A stretch of DNA of 64,000 nucleotides from Marsupella aquatica (taxonomy: Eukaryota; Plantae; Marchantiophyta). Of the stretch, positions 11,241 to 23,600 are shown piece by piece (position 1 is the first letter of the stretch; the number at the start of each line of letters is the position of its first letter). The position numbers and the translations under genes are program-made. The stretch is from NCBI GenBank assembly GCA_973895155.1, contig OZ316895.1, positions 14,948,816 to 15,012,815 of the forward strand. The letters are read 5' to 3'. The notes beneath the pieces are model-generated. The model saw only the letters and a list, made by a program, of their open reading frames with translations. It made no database searches and had not been told where the DNA came from.

Positions 11241-13978
11241 TTACTCGCTCAAAACCTCCGATAGTTTCTTTGCCAGGGATGCAGTCCACTGTCGATCTTT
11301 TCTTCTATATCCAGATGGTATCCTGGAGATGAGAAGTAGAAAACCCTGGATGGCGCCGTCATTCTCCACATTTGAGTCCTTGGGAAATGGTTGTACCAGT
11401 ACTGACGCAGTTCCGCTGGGGACAATCTCCCATCCTTGCCCATCTTCACAACAATGTTCACAATTCGTCAGATATTTTGCATTATTCGTCGAATGCGAGC
11501 TTATTCCTAAATATATTTTTAATTTGAATCTAATTGAAGAAAAAACATCAATATGTTATCATTTCTGCTTTTTTCAACATGTACGCAAAATACAGAGGCC
11601 ACAACAGGCAGACAACATTGGCATGTAGGAAACATTTCATACCAGCATTTCCAGACAGATATAAAGGCTCCTTCAATTTTGAGAAATCGTCAAGCTTTGC
11701 CTCCAATTTCTGCTTTAAAGATCCCAAGGGCAGTGCAATACCAGGACCAGAGTCTGCCAAAGCACCCCAAAAGCCCCTTGCACCGACAACTTGGCCGGAG
11801 TGCCAAACAAGCTGGAAAAAAGAGCCAAGTAAGGCCAGGTCCTTTCACTGAGGTGAATAAATCCATTGAATTTTGTTAAAAGCAAAGAGACAAATATAAG
11901 AGCTACTTCGTAAGGATAGGTATAAGCACTGGATTCTCAACTTGCTTTTTTATATTAGAAAATATCGCACTCTAGCATATTGGCTAGTATGTTACATGTT
12001 CTCAATTATCAACAGAGCATCTTACTTAGTTTATAATGCACAGGAAAACATGACACAGGTATACATGCACATGGATTGGCTGAACTATACAAGAGTAGAA
12101 CCCACGAAGGGTGCCTTTCAGGCAGCGAACTGCAGAGCGAAGGATAAAACCAAGGCAATTTGACAAAAAGGCGGAGGTTGGGACAGACCATAGCTGTCGT
12201 ACTCGTGTTCCTCAGCAGGTTGTAGGACACCCATGCAAGATCTTGCCTCTGACTGTCAGTAAGGCCATCTGCAAGGCGAAATACCTGCTTCTGACCAGGC
12301 TCCAATGTCCTTTGGATCTTGTTGACTCCCTGCAGACAGAAAAAAGCCTGAAATGCCTAACTGGACCTTGCAGAGATCTAATTTGAATTGATATCGTAAG
12401 GCCTTCCATGCAGCCTGCTTTTAGTTCTGGCAAGAGATGTCTGGGATTCAACATGAACACCACTCCAGTTGGCCTGCTCCATTCCAACTAGAATAAACGC
12501 CATGTGAAAAGGATCTGCAGTAAACGGCATTTGATTCAAACAGGAAAGTTTCTAATGCGCTCATCTTTCTTTAGGTCTTGGTGTTTCGTCCATTTTGATT
12601 CGAGTCACACGTTTGTCTCCGGCCTCTGCGTCCGACAAATACATTTTTGATCCTGAAAGAGTCCAGCATATTGGCTCGGATCTCTTCATCCAACGCTAAT
12701 AAATCCATTCATTTTTCTTGTACCTCTCAGCCTTCATCGTGACTTAACCATCATTTGATTCTTGAGTGTATCATCATTGAAGCAGGAAAGGTAACTCGCA
12801 GAGGGATGCAAATCTTACATTTAATTGTCTACCAATGAACGGCAGCGAGACCGATACAGCTGCTAGAACCAAGCCCACTGCTTCTGAACGCTGCTCACCA
12901 CAAAACAAATCACCAATGTCAGGAGAACACTAATCCTCCAAAGGCAAAGCAAAAACCACTAAGTATCAGTAAGTTAAACTCCTGAACGTTCAACGTCCAT
13001 ATTTTTCACGCGGTATGTGAAGAAAATGACCAAATGGACATAAGTAGGCAGTACAAGACAAGACCCTCACGGAAAATTCATGTCAGAAGCAATCTCCAGG
13101 GGAAAATAAGGCCATGGTCTTATAATTCTTTTGTACAGATGAGACAATTGTTTTTGGGAACAAATCCAGAAGAAGGAGAAGTTCCAAGTATACCAGTTGG
13201 GCAGCCGTTAGGGAGTTGAGGCTGGAGAAGTGATTCACAATCAGTAGGCCTCCAAAGAGGATACCCAAGACACGCGGCAAGTCTGAATCATCAAAGCCAG
13301 GGATTCCTGCAGCGAAGTCAATCCCAAGCTTTAATTTTCCAGCATTACGGAGGACTCAGAACACTGTTCATTAAAAACCTCCCATACAAGATTTGCATTC
13401 ATTTCAGGTGCAGCAGAGCTCCGAAAGACCTCAACTTTCAATTTATTTCGCCATAAAACTGAGTATTTGCTTTGTGCAATCCCAAATAGCTCTGGGCAAA
13501 CTCATGATAGGGTTAAAACGCCTGCATTCGTACGTCCAAGGATAGAGGCCCATTCCAACAATTCAAAAACTCACTAGTTAAACTGTATACTAGCTACTCG
13601 ACCAACTGAGATTACAGATCTGTGCACCGAATATAGATTATACAGGCTCCGAATTGGATTAGAAATGCATCCAACACCAGACCAAATGGTACAAACGAGC
13701 TCACCTAAAGTGAATCGAAACACAGAAATGTCCACAGAGTCCTGAGACTTCCCAGCTCCATCTGGCCCCTCTGCTCGAACAATACACACATCACTACGTC
13801 TACGCCATGTCCTCAAAAGCAAACGATCGGAGAAACTAGTCAGCGGTAGGCGTCCCCGCTCGTTGGTGAAGAAGCGACAGCTCGAGGAGGCATGGAGAGT
13901 CGATGGACTAAGCGAGTGGTCGAAGATGGGAATGTGGCAGGAGTGCTCACACACGGTCATCCAATTGAGCAATGCCAT
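11241..13978 (-). CDS. CCB2: Cofactor assembly of complex C subunit B, CCB2 (cytochrome b6 heme ci attachment)
   Basis: Exons 13978-13705, 13306-13194, 12890-12819, 12329-12189, 11811-11643 and 11443-11241. After a transit peptide the translation reads VDISVFRFTLG|IPGFDDSDLPRVLGILFGGLLIVNHF..AAQL|RSEAVGLVLAA..DLAWVSYNLLRNTSTT..GARGFW..WEIVPSGTASVLVQP..KDRQWTASLAKK, matching the CCB2/CCB4 family, CCB2 type. Confidence 0.92.
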
Positions 13979-15900
13979 CGGCAGAAAATGAATTGGGTGA
14001 AATTTCAACTCCGGAGCAACATCTTTCTATCGTTCCCACTCGGATTGATGAATCAAAAGGGCTCCCACAGACTGAGTGAGAGAAGGAGAGACCATAGCGT
14101 AATAGAGGTGATGCTCGTGCACGATACGGTACTTTTTGTGTTCATTATGTGAAATGTACTTTTATTTGGCATGTGCTATACTTCTCCCACTCAATTCTAT
14201 CAAATATGATGCAATCGTCATTTACACAACAGTACAAGACCAAAAATGAAGCATGTTCCAGGTTGAACATGCTATACTAAATGGGATATTGAGCAAGAGA
14301 CTAGTGAGCCAAAAGAAAATCATCCATAAGATGTTCAACTTTTGGATCTCAAATAACCCATGTAATATGGTTAGAAGTTACCTAATCTCCCTTAGCCGAG
14401 TTATTAGAAGTTATTACTAAACCATTTCACCTCTAATAATATAGCATGGATTATCAAAAGCTTAGTGAGATTTTTTTTCAAATTTTAAAGATTACACAAG
14501 TTTGAGCAGCAGTTGATGCCTTTTGTGATTTAGATACCACATATGCTCGCCTTTGAAGTTGGATTCAATCACACAACATGCACATCTGCATGTTACTCTC
14601 CTTGTTGACACCTTGCTATCGGCCTTGCTATTAAGATAAGGGTCAGGAAACTTGAGTTCAAAGGAGGCCAAAGAACTCATCATTAGTAGATATACTAGTT
14701 TGTTTACATCATTGTTTATATTGTTTCAGGAATTTGAATACAGAATTTTTACATCAACTCAGCAATGTAGCCACCAATTTCAGTTCACACTACTAGTCGG
14801 ATCATTTCTGCTTCATAAGCTTCCTCTGTCACGAATTATCATATATAAAGGTTACCGCCCAAATCTTTCTTGTTATTTCTGCACCATGACTTCCAAAATA
14901 TAATTTTTCATGCTTAACCGTAGTCATAGCTTGATGCAGCCATTTTGATGCAAAAACGCTGAATTTTCTGTAGAGCAACGCGCACATTCACGTAGAGTTG
15001 GTTTTCCGGAGATAGCTCTATTGGCCCAGGAGCATTATGTCAAGTTACATTATGTCAAAAATGCAAAATGTCTGGTCTTGCAATTGTTAAGCTTTCCCAC
15101 AACTTGCCCTCTGCTTGTCATGTCAAGCTCAAATTTGTCATTTCGTACAAATGCACTCCTTTGTGGGGCGACTCACCACAGTACGCTTTCTGTGGCCATT
15201 TTTTGGGTTGAAAACTCTAAAGGAACGCGCCTTGGAGTGTCGTGTTGGACCCCTTCTTGCCATTTTTGCACTTCATAATTGCAAGCGTTGCGAGTCATCC
15301 ACTATCACACAATCTGTAATACTTAAGACCACCATGGATACTTCCTCAGAGCGAACTGGACGTTTAAACATCAGAGCGGAACACGACATTTTGACTTCAA
15401 ACCGCCCAAGTGTCTTACAAAGGATTAGTAATTGCTGTGCTTTGCCTTGTGGACTTCATTTATTACTCTGAGGTCAATGAATTTATGAAAAATTGAACAT
15501 TCCTAGTGTCTATCCATCTAACTGCTTTAAGAGTGAAACTACTTGTGCCATTTGGTATTTTTTCCATGATCTTGATGAATTCAACTTCTGATTCAAGCTC
15601 CCCACTTCACGACTCGAAGTTCATGCCGTGAAAGCAGACGAATGCCAGGGGCATGACAGATTCTAAAAGAACAAAGGTCTGGCCATGTTCTCAAGCATTC
15701 TGCTAGACCTCGGTGACGTATCACCTGGTAATGTCAGATAATGTACATACAGTACCGCAATTCCCTCGCTCCACTTGCTGCACTCATAACCCTACGCTTC
15801 AAATTGGGAGGACGACTCACAACCGACTCCAATCTATGAAGAATATGTAAGAAAGATGGTGAGGCCCAACCAGTTTCAATATCAAGCGCCACCAACTCCG

Positions 15901-17137
15901 TCATTTTCTCCTCTGCTTAGTCCTTTCTGGTAATTTCTTCTCTGCAGCAGCCAACTTCCTTTGGCTTGCCCGATACAAAAGAACAGTACGCCCGATCTTC
16001 CCTACAACCTGTCCTCGAGTACCCTCCTCTAGTTGGAAGATGATCTCACTCATCTCACTTGAACAGTTTTCCAGCACTTTAACCTGGACCGAATTGAAAA
16101 ACATGTTAGTACGGGCTTCTCGCACCGCATGAGGATACTGTAAATCCTTTCAGGCTACATTAGACTCTTGCAACTGAACAACTAAAGTGCCTAAGAAGGG
16201 CGACATCAATTCCCTTACAAATCTACGCAGAGAACACAAACTCACCTTCACAATTTCGTGAGCCTCAAGCGCATCACTTACAGATTTGATAACAGTTTGA
16301 CTCACCCCAAGCTTGCCCACCTGAAACAAGCAAGATATGAGAACCTCTTACGCCAGAAGAGAGACCAGTCCTCGTGATGACATCCCAGAAACTAGAAATC
16401 ATTCGCAATGGCGTGTTTCACCTGTTTGTCGAAGTCCAATGTCTTTTTGGTTGCACTTGATTGAGTATCGTGTATACTCCCACCAGGTAGCTTTCAAGTG
16501 TATACTCTCAACGAACAAATTCAAGAAGAGGTGTGATAAAAACAAACGGATATGCCTCTTAATTACAGTCCCCTAGCTAGCAAGTCATGGAACACTGTGC
16601 AGTGCAGCTCCTTTCTGTGCTCAAGGGGGTAATAAGATTCTTTGACCGATGATGATCTACGTTTCGTACAGCGCCTAAGTACTAAACAGTCCGACGATGC
16701 GTTAGACGCAGGGAACAACAGTCCATTCGTAAACTGAGAGACGTCGGAATTACCTGCTGCACATTAAGCCGGGTCCCTAGCCCATGCGCATACGCTCGGA
16801 GCTCCTTCTTTTCCTTCCCTCCAAGCCGATGGATTCCCAGTTTCTCTAAGTGATCAACCTGTTTTTCTTCGATTTCAAACTCGTTTGTTTGGGGTTCGAA
16901 GGCGAGAACGGTGCCGGCATGAGTTACATGGCTCACGGAAGATGATCTGTAATGCCCATGGGAATAAGAAGTATCCTGAGCTCCAAGCGTAGAATACGAT
17001 GATGAGGGGCAGAACCGGGAAATTGAGCCAGAAGCAAGTGGAGATTGCAGATTGGGACCACGAGTTACAAATCCAGCGAAGAGTGAGGGGGATTTCTTGA
17101 GGCAGACGAGGAGTCCGTAATTCACTGCCGCCGCCAT
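15901..17137 (-). CDS. Single-CRM (CRS1/YhbY) domain RNA-binding protein, probably plastid-targeted (CFM4/YhbY-like)
   Basis: Exons 17137-16754, 16320-16246 and 16083-15901. Translation: LGGKEKKELRAYAHGLG..QQ|VGKLGVSQTVIKSVSDALEAHEIVK|VKVLENC..GQVVGKIGRTVLLYR, a classic YhbY domain with a GxxG loop. The N-terminus is Ser-rich and transit-like. Confidence 0.92.
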
Positions 17138-19589
17138 GATCAACTGCTTCTCTGTTCCTTGCTCGTTCAACTAAAGCTCAGTCCTACCCAGCTGCTTCCC
17201 AGCTGAAGGAGCTCAAGGTCCTGCTGCAAGAATCACAACGAGAGAACAAACTGCCATCCCAGAAGCCCTAAAGCAGTTCGACAGAAAGATCAGGAGGGGA
17301 GAACTCGACCGGAAAATGCACTTGAGAAGCGACAGCCAAAATCCTGTCACCAGCTGCTCAGTTCGTGACGGGTCCCACAACGGAAGTGGATTTTGAGATT
17401 GCAGCTGAAATCATGTCACCAGCTCAACTCATGATGGGTGGACTGTGGAAGAAGTAGTTGAAGATTTTTCCAAGAATGAAGCGGATTGAGAAAAAACTGG
17501 AAAAGTGGGGGACCTTTGTATGTGAACGAAGTTTCTGTCTAAAGGTGTTCTCCGTAGATCCGACTGTAGAGAAAGCATCGTGCAAAACGAAATTCATCCT
17601 GGCCATTCAAATCACGCATAGGGTAGATTTCCCACTTGAAGAGTCAGCATCATGTCCTTTGACATTGAAGTCCATTCCTTACTCTCCAGATTTATGAGTA
17701 CCTGCTTACTTTGGAGTTCTTTGGGACTCTTTACCTTATCATCCCACACAGGAAGAGAATCACTTCCGACGTCGTGTCACTTCCGACATCGTGTTGATGC
17801 TGAAGGCAAGCATGTGTTTGTCTGCATAGCTAGTGCTCACAAGCCTTGGTCATTTTCTTCCTTTGCTGGTTTCCAAACCCACATGAACAGGACACATAAA
17901 TTGGAGTTGCCAACTGCATTATTGGAGACGGACAAACCTTGATTGATCTCAAAAATCTGACTTCTCTACTCAGATTGCCAACAAATATAAGGGCCTTGGG
18001 CCAAATGTGAGGAAGGACAACAATATTAAGGCCTCTTGGAACCGGCTTCGATCCACTATGCGACTTCGGTGGAGACAGACAAAGTTGCAGAAGAAGACAA
18101 TGCTAAAGAAGAAGTATGGTGTTGTTGTAGATTAGTCGCTTGTTCCTGCAAAATCATTGCTCATTTGTGTCATCAATGAAATGCACATACGTGGAGGGCA
18201 AGCTAATGGTTGGTCATCCTTGTTGGATGACAATGTGTATGAGATATATGTTGCAAGAGTTTGTGTTAGCTACTGCAATCTCTCCTATTCTATCTCGCTC
18301 GGTTGCTTCAATCCGAGAATTGCCAGTACTTCTACCTAGCGATCGCAAGTTGCAGGCACTTCAACTAGATTGTAGTGTCCTGCCATGCATTTTTCCCCGG
18401 CCAGATGCGGAGGTGCAACCTCCCGAGCTGATGCAGATTGATACAATTTGAGAGGCTCTCATTTCAGATGCCTTGAATTACTTGACTCAGAAAATAGCGC
18501 TTCTGCAATGGAAGCATGGCATTTGGGAGTCACCATGCAAAAGTTGTGATGGCCCAAATGTGTCTACATTGTCACCATCACCTAGCATGATTTCATGATT
18601 TGAGATAATTTAGATGTAAGAAAGGAAATCATCGTACCACTAAGCTCGTATTATCTTCCCCTCCCATCTCCTTGGTGGTCCAGTTCCTTGCATTGTGCCT
18701 CGTGGTACTCCAGACCTGGACTCCTGGCTAGACTCCTTGCTGATGAGCAAGCATATTGATTACCCATTCATCCACTCGTATCACGTAGGAAATGAAAACA
18801 AAAGGTTGAAACACAAAGAGAAGTTCAATCTAGGTGATGGATTTTCACAGGAGCGCCAAGAAAATCAATACCGGAAGTGATCCTCTCAATCTAACACCAC
18901 CAGAAACAACAATCACTCGAGCAAAATAAAACTTGCCAGAGATGAGCAAAGTCTACCAATAGAATCGTCAACTAGCACAATCGTCTCCAAAATGGCCCGT
19001 CGCCAACAATCAATGATACCTCTACCCAAAACCTTCGTAAAGCCACGAAAGAAACACGATCATCAACCATCACAATCGTCCACCAACATGATCGTCAGCA
19101 AAATGGCCCTCTGCCAATAGTATACGATGCTTCTGCACAAAACCTCCGTAAAATCACGTAAAACGTCGATCCTACCTAGAAGCCCCACAAAAGACGACAC
19201 TTGACCTTGAGCCTAAAGCGCAAAAATCAGTTTCCAAATAGAATACACTCATGTCAATGTATTCGCATTAGGCGTAACATAACCATAATGTTGACCACGG
19301 CGGCGTCGATGTGCAAATGCCCGATTTTGACTTCTAACTATGAGGTCCTGTTGCTAATTCACCTTAGCATGGTCACTGTGATTTTTGCCTGGTTACTGCA
19401 TGGTTGAATGGGGATTAATTGTGAAAAGTCACCCAGTAAGGCTAAAAATTGTGCAATATGGCCTTACACGGGGAAAAGGGTACAAGCCATAATGAGGGGC
19501 CGGGGCTGATTGGGGAAAAAAAGTTTGGAGGGGGCTGATCAAGTAAAGTTTCTCCTGGTGGGGGTCTATTGAGCATATCCCTCCAACTT

Positions 19590-19838
19590 CTTTGGCAACA
19601 CAACTTTTTTTTTTAATGACATCTTTTACATAACAACATCATTGGCAACACGACCCGTTGACACAACATCTTTTTTCTTAACGACATCTTGGCCAACAAG
19701 ACATCTTTTGTTTCAACGACGTCTTGGCCAACAAGACATCATTTTTCTCAACCACATCTTGGCCGACACAACATTTTCTTCTCAACGATGTCTTGGCCGA
19801 CACGACATCTTTTGTGCAACGTGCGGGTATTGAGCTAG
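19590..19838 (+). mobile_element. Probable non-autonomous Helitron fragment with an internal degenerate ~30-bp tandem repeat
   Basis: Repeated ACATCTTGGCCAACAAGACATC-like units end in TGTGCAACGTGCGGGTATTGAGCTAG|T (CTAG at 19835-19838), which resembles a decayed Helitron 3' end. Confidence 0.5.
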
Positions 19839-19839
19839 T

Positions 19840-20018
19840 GGTTGAATAAGTAGCCCCCACAAAAGAGGGGCCAAAACTAATGTAGGCCACTCTAATTTCA
19901 AATTCCCATGGTTGGAGAGGTAATCACCAACAAAACAGGGGCCAAAATTAATGTGGGCCACTCTAATTTCAACTTCCTATGGTTGGAGTAGTAGTCCCCC
20001 ACAAAATAGGGGCCCAAA
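19840..20018. repeat. 71-bp tandem repeat, about 2.5 copies
   Basis: GGGGCC recurs at 19867, 19938 and 20009. GGCCACTCTAATTTCAA..ATGGTTGGAG is shared between copies. Confidence 0.85.
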
Positions 20019-20377
20019 TGTGGGGCCCTCACATTCCTATCCTGAAAAACCCCAATAATCTAATGAAATAATATTCAATTTTTTGATTGAAAAATATATT
20101 GAAATACTAGATTGAAATACTAGTGTAGATTGGGTTGATTTATTATTACTCTCTTTTTTATCATATAAAAAATAAATTTGGAACATATGGGAAACATTTG
20201 CAAAATGGTAAATAAATAGTTGTGAGATGGAAAGCCAAAAAAGTCATTTTTAAACTTTAATTTGTAAATGAATTTCTTTAGAATAACGCTCCATTTTGTA
20301 GGAATTTCCAGCAACCATTGTTACTACATATCCAATCAACTGACTGGCGAGGGGATTAGCCTGGAACATAAAAGTCT

Positions 20378-20523
20378 AAACCCTAAAACACATGACATAT
20401 GGGTGACCCACCTTGATTCTGGTGACAAGACCACGAAAAAGCGCCATGGACAAATCCCGCCATGTACAAACCCCTCCATGTACAAACCCCTGCAGGCACT
20501 TACGTTAGCTGGGCTTTAGGGTT
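20378..20523. promoter_or_regulatory. Telo-boxes upstream of the RRP6-like gene
   Basis: AAACCCTAA at 20378-20386 and an inverted TTAGGGTT at ~20516-20523, 120-260 bp before the ATG. Telo-boxes are established elements of plant ribosome-biogenesis gene promoters. Confidence 0.55.
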
Positions 20524-20641
20524 CCTCGATGCCACACCAGCTGCCGAAAATTCTGCGCTTGCAATTTGTTCGCTGAGGGTGTTCGACTCCGCTGCTGCTT
20601 CTTCTGCCTCTTCAATTTCAATGCATTGCACAGAGTAGCAA

Positions 20642-23600
20642 ATGATCCAGGCCACGGCCATCGACGCTATGGACAATTCGATGGAAGATTTGGACTCTGC
20701 CCGAGGAAGGGCTCCTCTTCTGATCGACCTCGTGAAAGGTCCGCTGTCTGAATCCGTGAAGGCGTTGGAATGCCGGAGTCATGAATTGCCGGCCGGCCAG
20801 GATTTCCACTTTTACTCCAATTTCCAGGTATTCAAGCGCCCGGTGGCCACTGTCCAGAGCAGGGTGATGAGCTTGCTGAGCCAGCTTGGATCGTTGAAGG
20901 ATGTCATTCCGCACCCCTCTGCTTTTCCGACTGACGTCGATGAGGGTTACGATTGGCTCGTCGGAGTGCAAGATGCTTTTCTGGAGAGAGTGGATGCGTC
21001 GCTGGATAAATTTTATCTGGAACGAAAGGCTGAATCCAAACAGAAGCCGGAATTGAATGCCTTTGAAGCGGCAAGTAAACAGAGTCTGTCCATGAAAACA
21101 CCTCGGCCCATTGGAACTGCAAGTGAGGGTGCTAAGTCCGGAGATGTAAAGGTAGCCAGGAGCAAGGACAAATCGACCATGCGCTCTCCCATTCCATTTC
21201 ACATTCCGAGTATCCCTCGCCCTCAAGACAGGTTTGACGATGCAGTGGACAATTCAAACACCCCGTTTAGGCATAAAGCTCTGAAACGAAGAATTGAAAT
21301 GGAGTCAACTGTAAGCACTGCCCAAGATACTACTAGGGAACCTTCTGGAGATGTGTCTGCTGTTTCAACTCTTTCAGTTCTAGAGGAGCATGCGAGGAAG
21401 CTTGGGCATAGAGACCCTGCGGATAATACTCATCCATTGGAGGTAAACTTGTGCCTTAAAGTCTTGTGTCGATTCGTTTAACGACATTCTGTGACGTGTC
21501 TTTGATTTTCTTTAATCCGGGAGTGAAAATCATTTTCTTAATCCCAAGTAAAATGCGTGCACTCTTTCATTCGAAGAATATGTACATGAGATTCTGATCC
21601 TCGTAAGCAATCTAAATTTATTTTTAGAGGATCAGAATCTCATCTCTAGGTTTTACTCAGAGCACCTCAAACGGGTTTCTTGTTCTATCAATCTGAAACG
21701 GCGAGTATGTATATGTGATGGCATTGATCGCAGACCTCTTCAGGTTCTTTGCTTGAGTGCATTATTGCTCGCCCATAATGCTGAGAGTATTGTGTTTGTA
21801 TGTCTGCTCCACAAAAAAATTTGCAGGATGAGCTCACCAAAATGGCCTATGTCGAGGGTTTGTTGGACACAGTTGAAATCAGGAAATATGTGTCTCTTGA
21901 TGATACTCCGTTCACTTTCGTCTCTACGCTGAAGGCCCTCAAGGAAATGGCGGTCAAGCTTCGAGAAGCAGGAGAAATAGCGGTAATGTCCCATTTCGTA
22001 TGTAATTTAAAAGGGCTTTCAATGTATGAGGAGTTCATTCACTTTGGCTGAGTTTCCAATCATATGGCATAGTGCTGGTATGGTTCCGTAATACATCCCA
22101 GCCGGCAACGCTATTCCGTGTGGGCCTGCCTTACATATCAGTAATTTGCCCTGGTTTGATTTAGGTGAGTCTTACACCTGTAAGCTGCAGAGGAACGGTT
22201 TCTTCCTATCATCTAAAAGCCAAAATGTCCGCAGAACATCCTTTCTCCTTTTCTGCCGGTAATATCTTAACAGGGCATTGCCACTTTGAATCGTTGGACT
22301 CGGCGACCACACAATACATTCTTTTGATGTTGCAGCTCCAGTGAACTGACTTTTTCATAATGCATTTGTGGCCGACGTTGCAGGTTGATTTGGAGAATCA
22401 CCACTATCGTTCATATCAAGGCTTTGTTTGCCTCATGCAAGTGTCGACTCGTGATGAAGATTTTATCGTTGATACCCTAGATCTCCGAAGTCAAATTGGT
22501 CCGTGTCTTGGGGACATTTTTGCGGACCCTACTATTAGAAAGGTACTTTTAAATTGTTGATTAGGATCCTGTTTGAAAGGTGGAGGAGATGTCCTTGTAG
22601 AAATACCTATCACTGTGATTAAGCGGTGTCAAAGTCTATTCTTGAGATCGTAAAACATATATGATCTCGAAGCGTTTGTGTCCTTTGAAATTTCAATGTT
22701 AATTTTATGACTTTATAAGTTTGTAATTGTTCAAGATCTGTGGGGTTGGCAGGTTATGCACGGAGCTGACCGGGACATAGTTTGGCTTCAGCGCGACTTC
22801 GGCATTTATGTCTACAACCTCTTTGATACTGGGCAGGTGTTTACCCACAGTGATCTCTGTTATTTCTCTCATCAACGTTATCAATACAGATGCTTCTTTG
22901 TACTTGTATAGAGTGATGCCGTGAGCCTCTAGTTGAAAGTATCGTTGGCGTGTTTCCTTTTTCAATGAATGAAACAGCCACGTGTCATATCACCGTTGCA
23001 ATAAGCTTGGTTGCAACGAATGGAACTTTTGCAGCTTTTCCCATCCCACATCGAGTTTCTATTTTGGAGTGTTCTACTAAGTAACACTAAAATCTCTTCT
23101 CGTCAATTGCAGGCCGCAAGGGTGTTGCAGTTGCAAGGGTTTGGCCTGGCCTTTCTTTTGGAACACTTTTGTAAAGTTCAGGCCGATAAACGGTAAAGCC
23201 GTTGATCCTTAGCTTTTGATAGCTTGTTCATCTGTATAAATTTTCATCATTCGCTTGCAGCGAAAGTGTGGCATGGTTGCAATAGACTTTCTGACAGGTA
23301 GCACATCTTTTCTGACAGGTATCAGCTTGCCGATTGGCGGATTCGACCATTGCCTGCGGAAATGATCAAGTAATGATTCAATCGCTACGTCACTGCCCTC
23401 GTTTACATCCGGGCACCTTTGTTGTTAGCAGCATTGTAGACGAAGGAATAATCTTTTGTTGCCTGCCTTTTAGAAATATTTACTTTTGCGTCCTTCTTGT
23501 AATTTGATCCGTTTGCATCCTGTGCTCTGGTGAACAATGCAGGTACGCCAGGGAAGATACTCACTATCTTCTTTACGTGCACGACATGCTGAAACAATTA

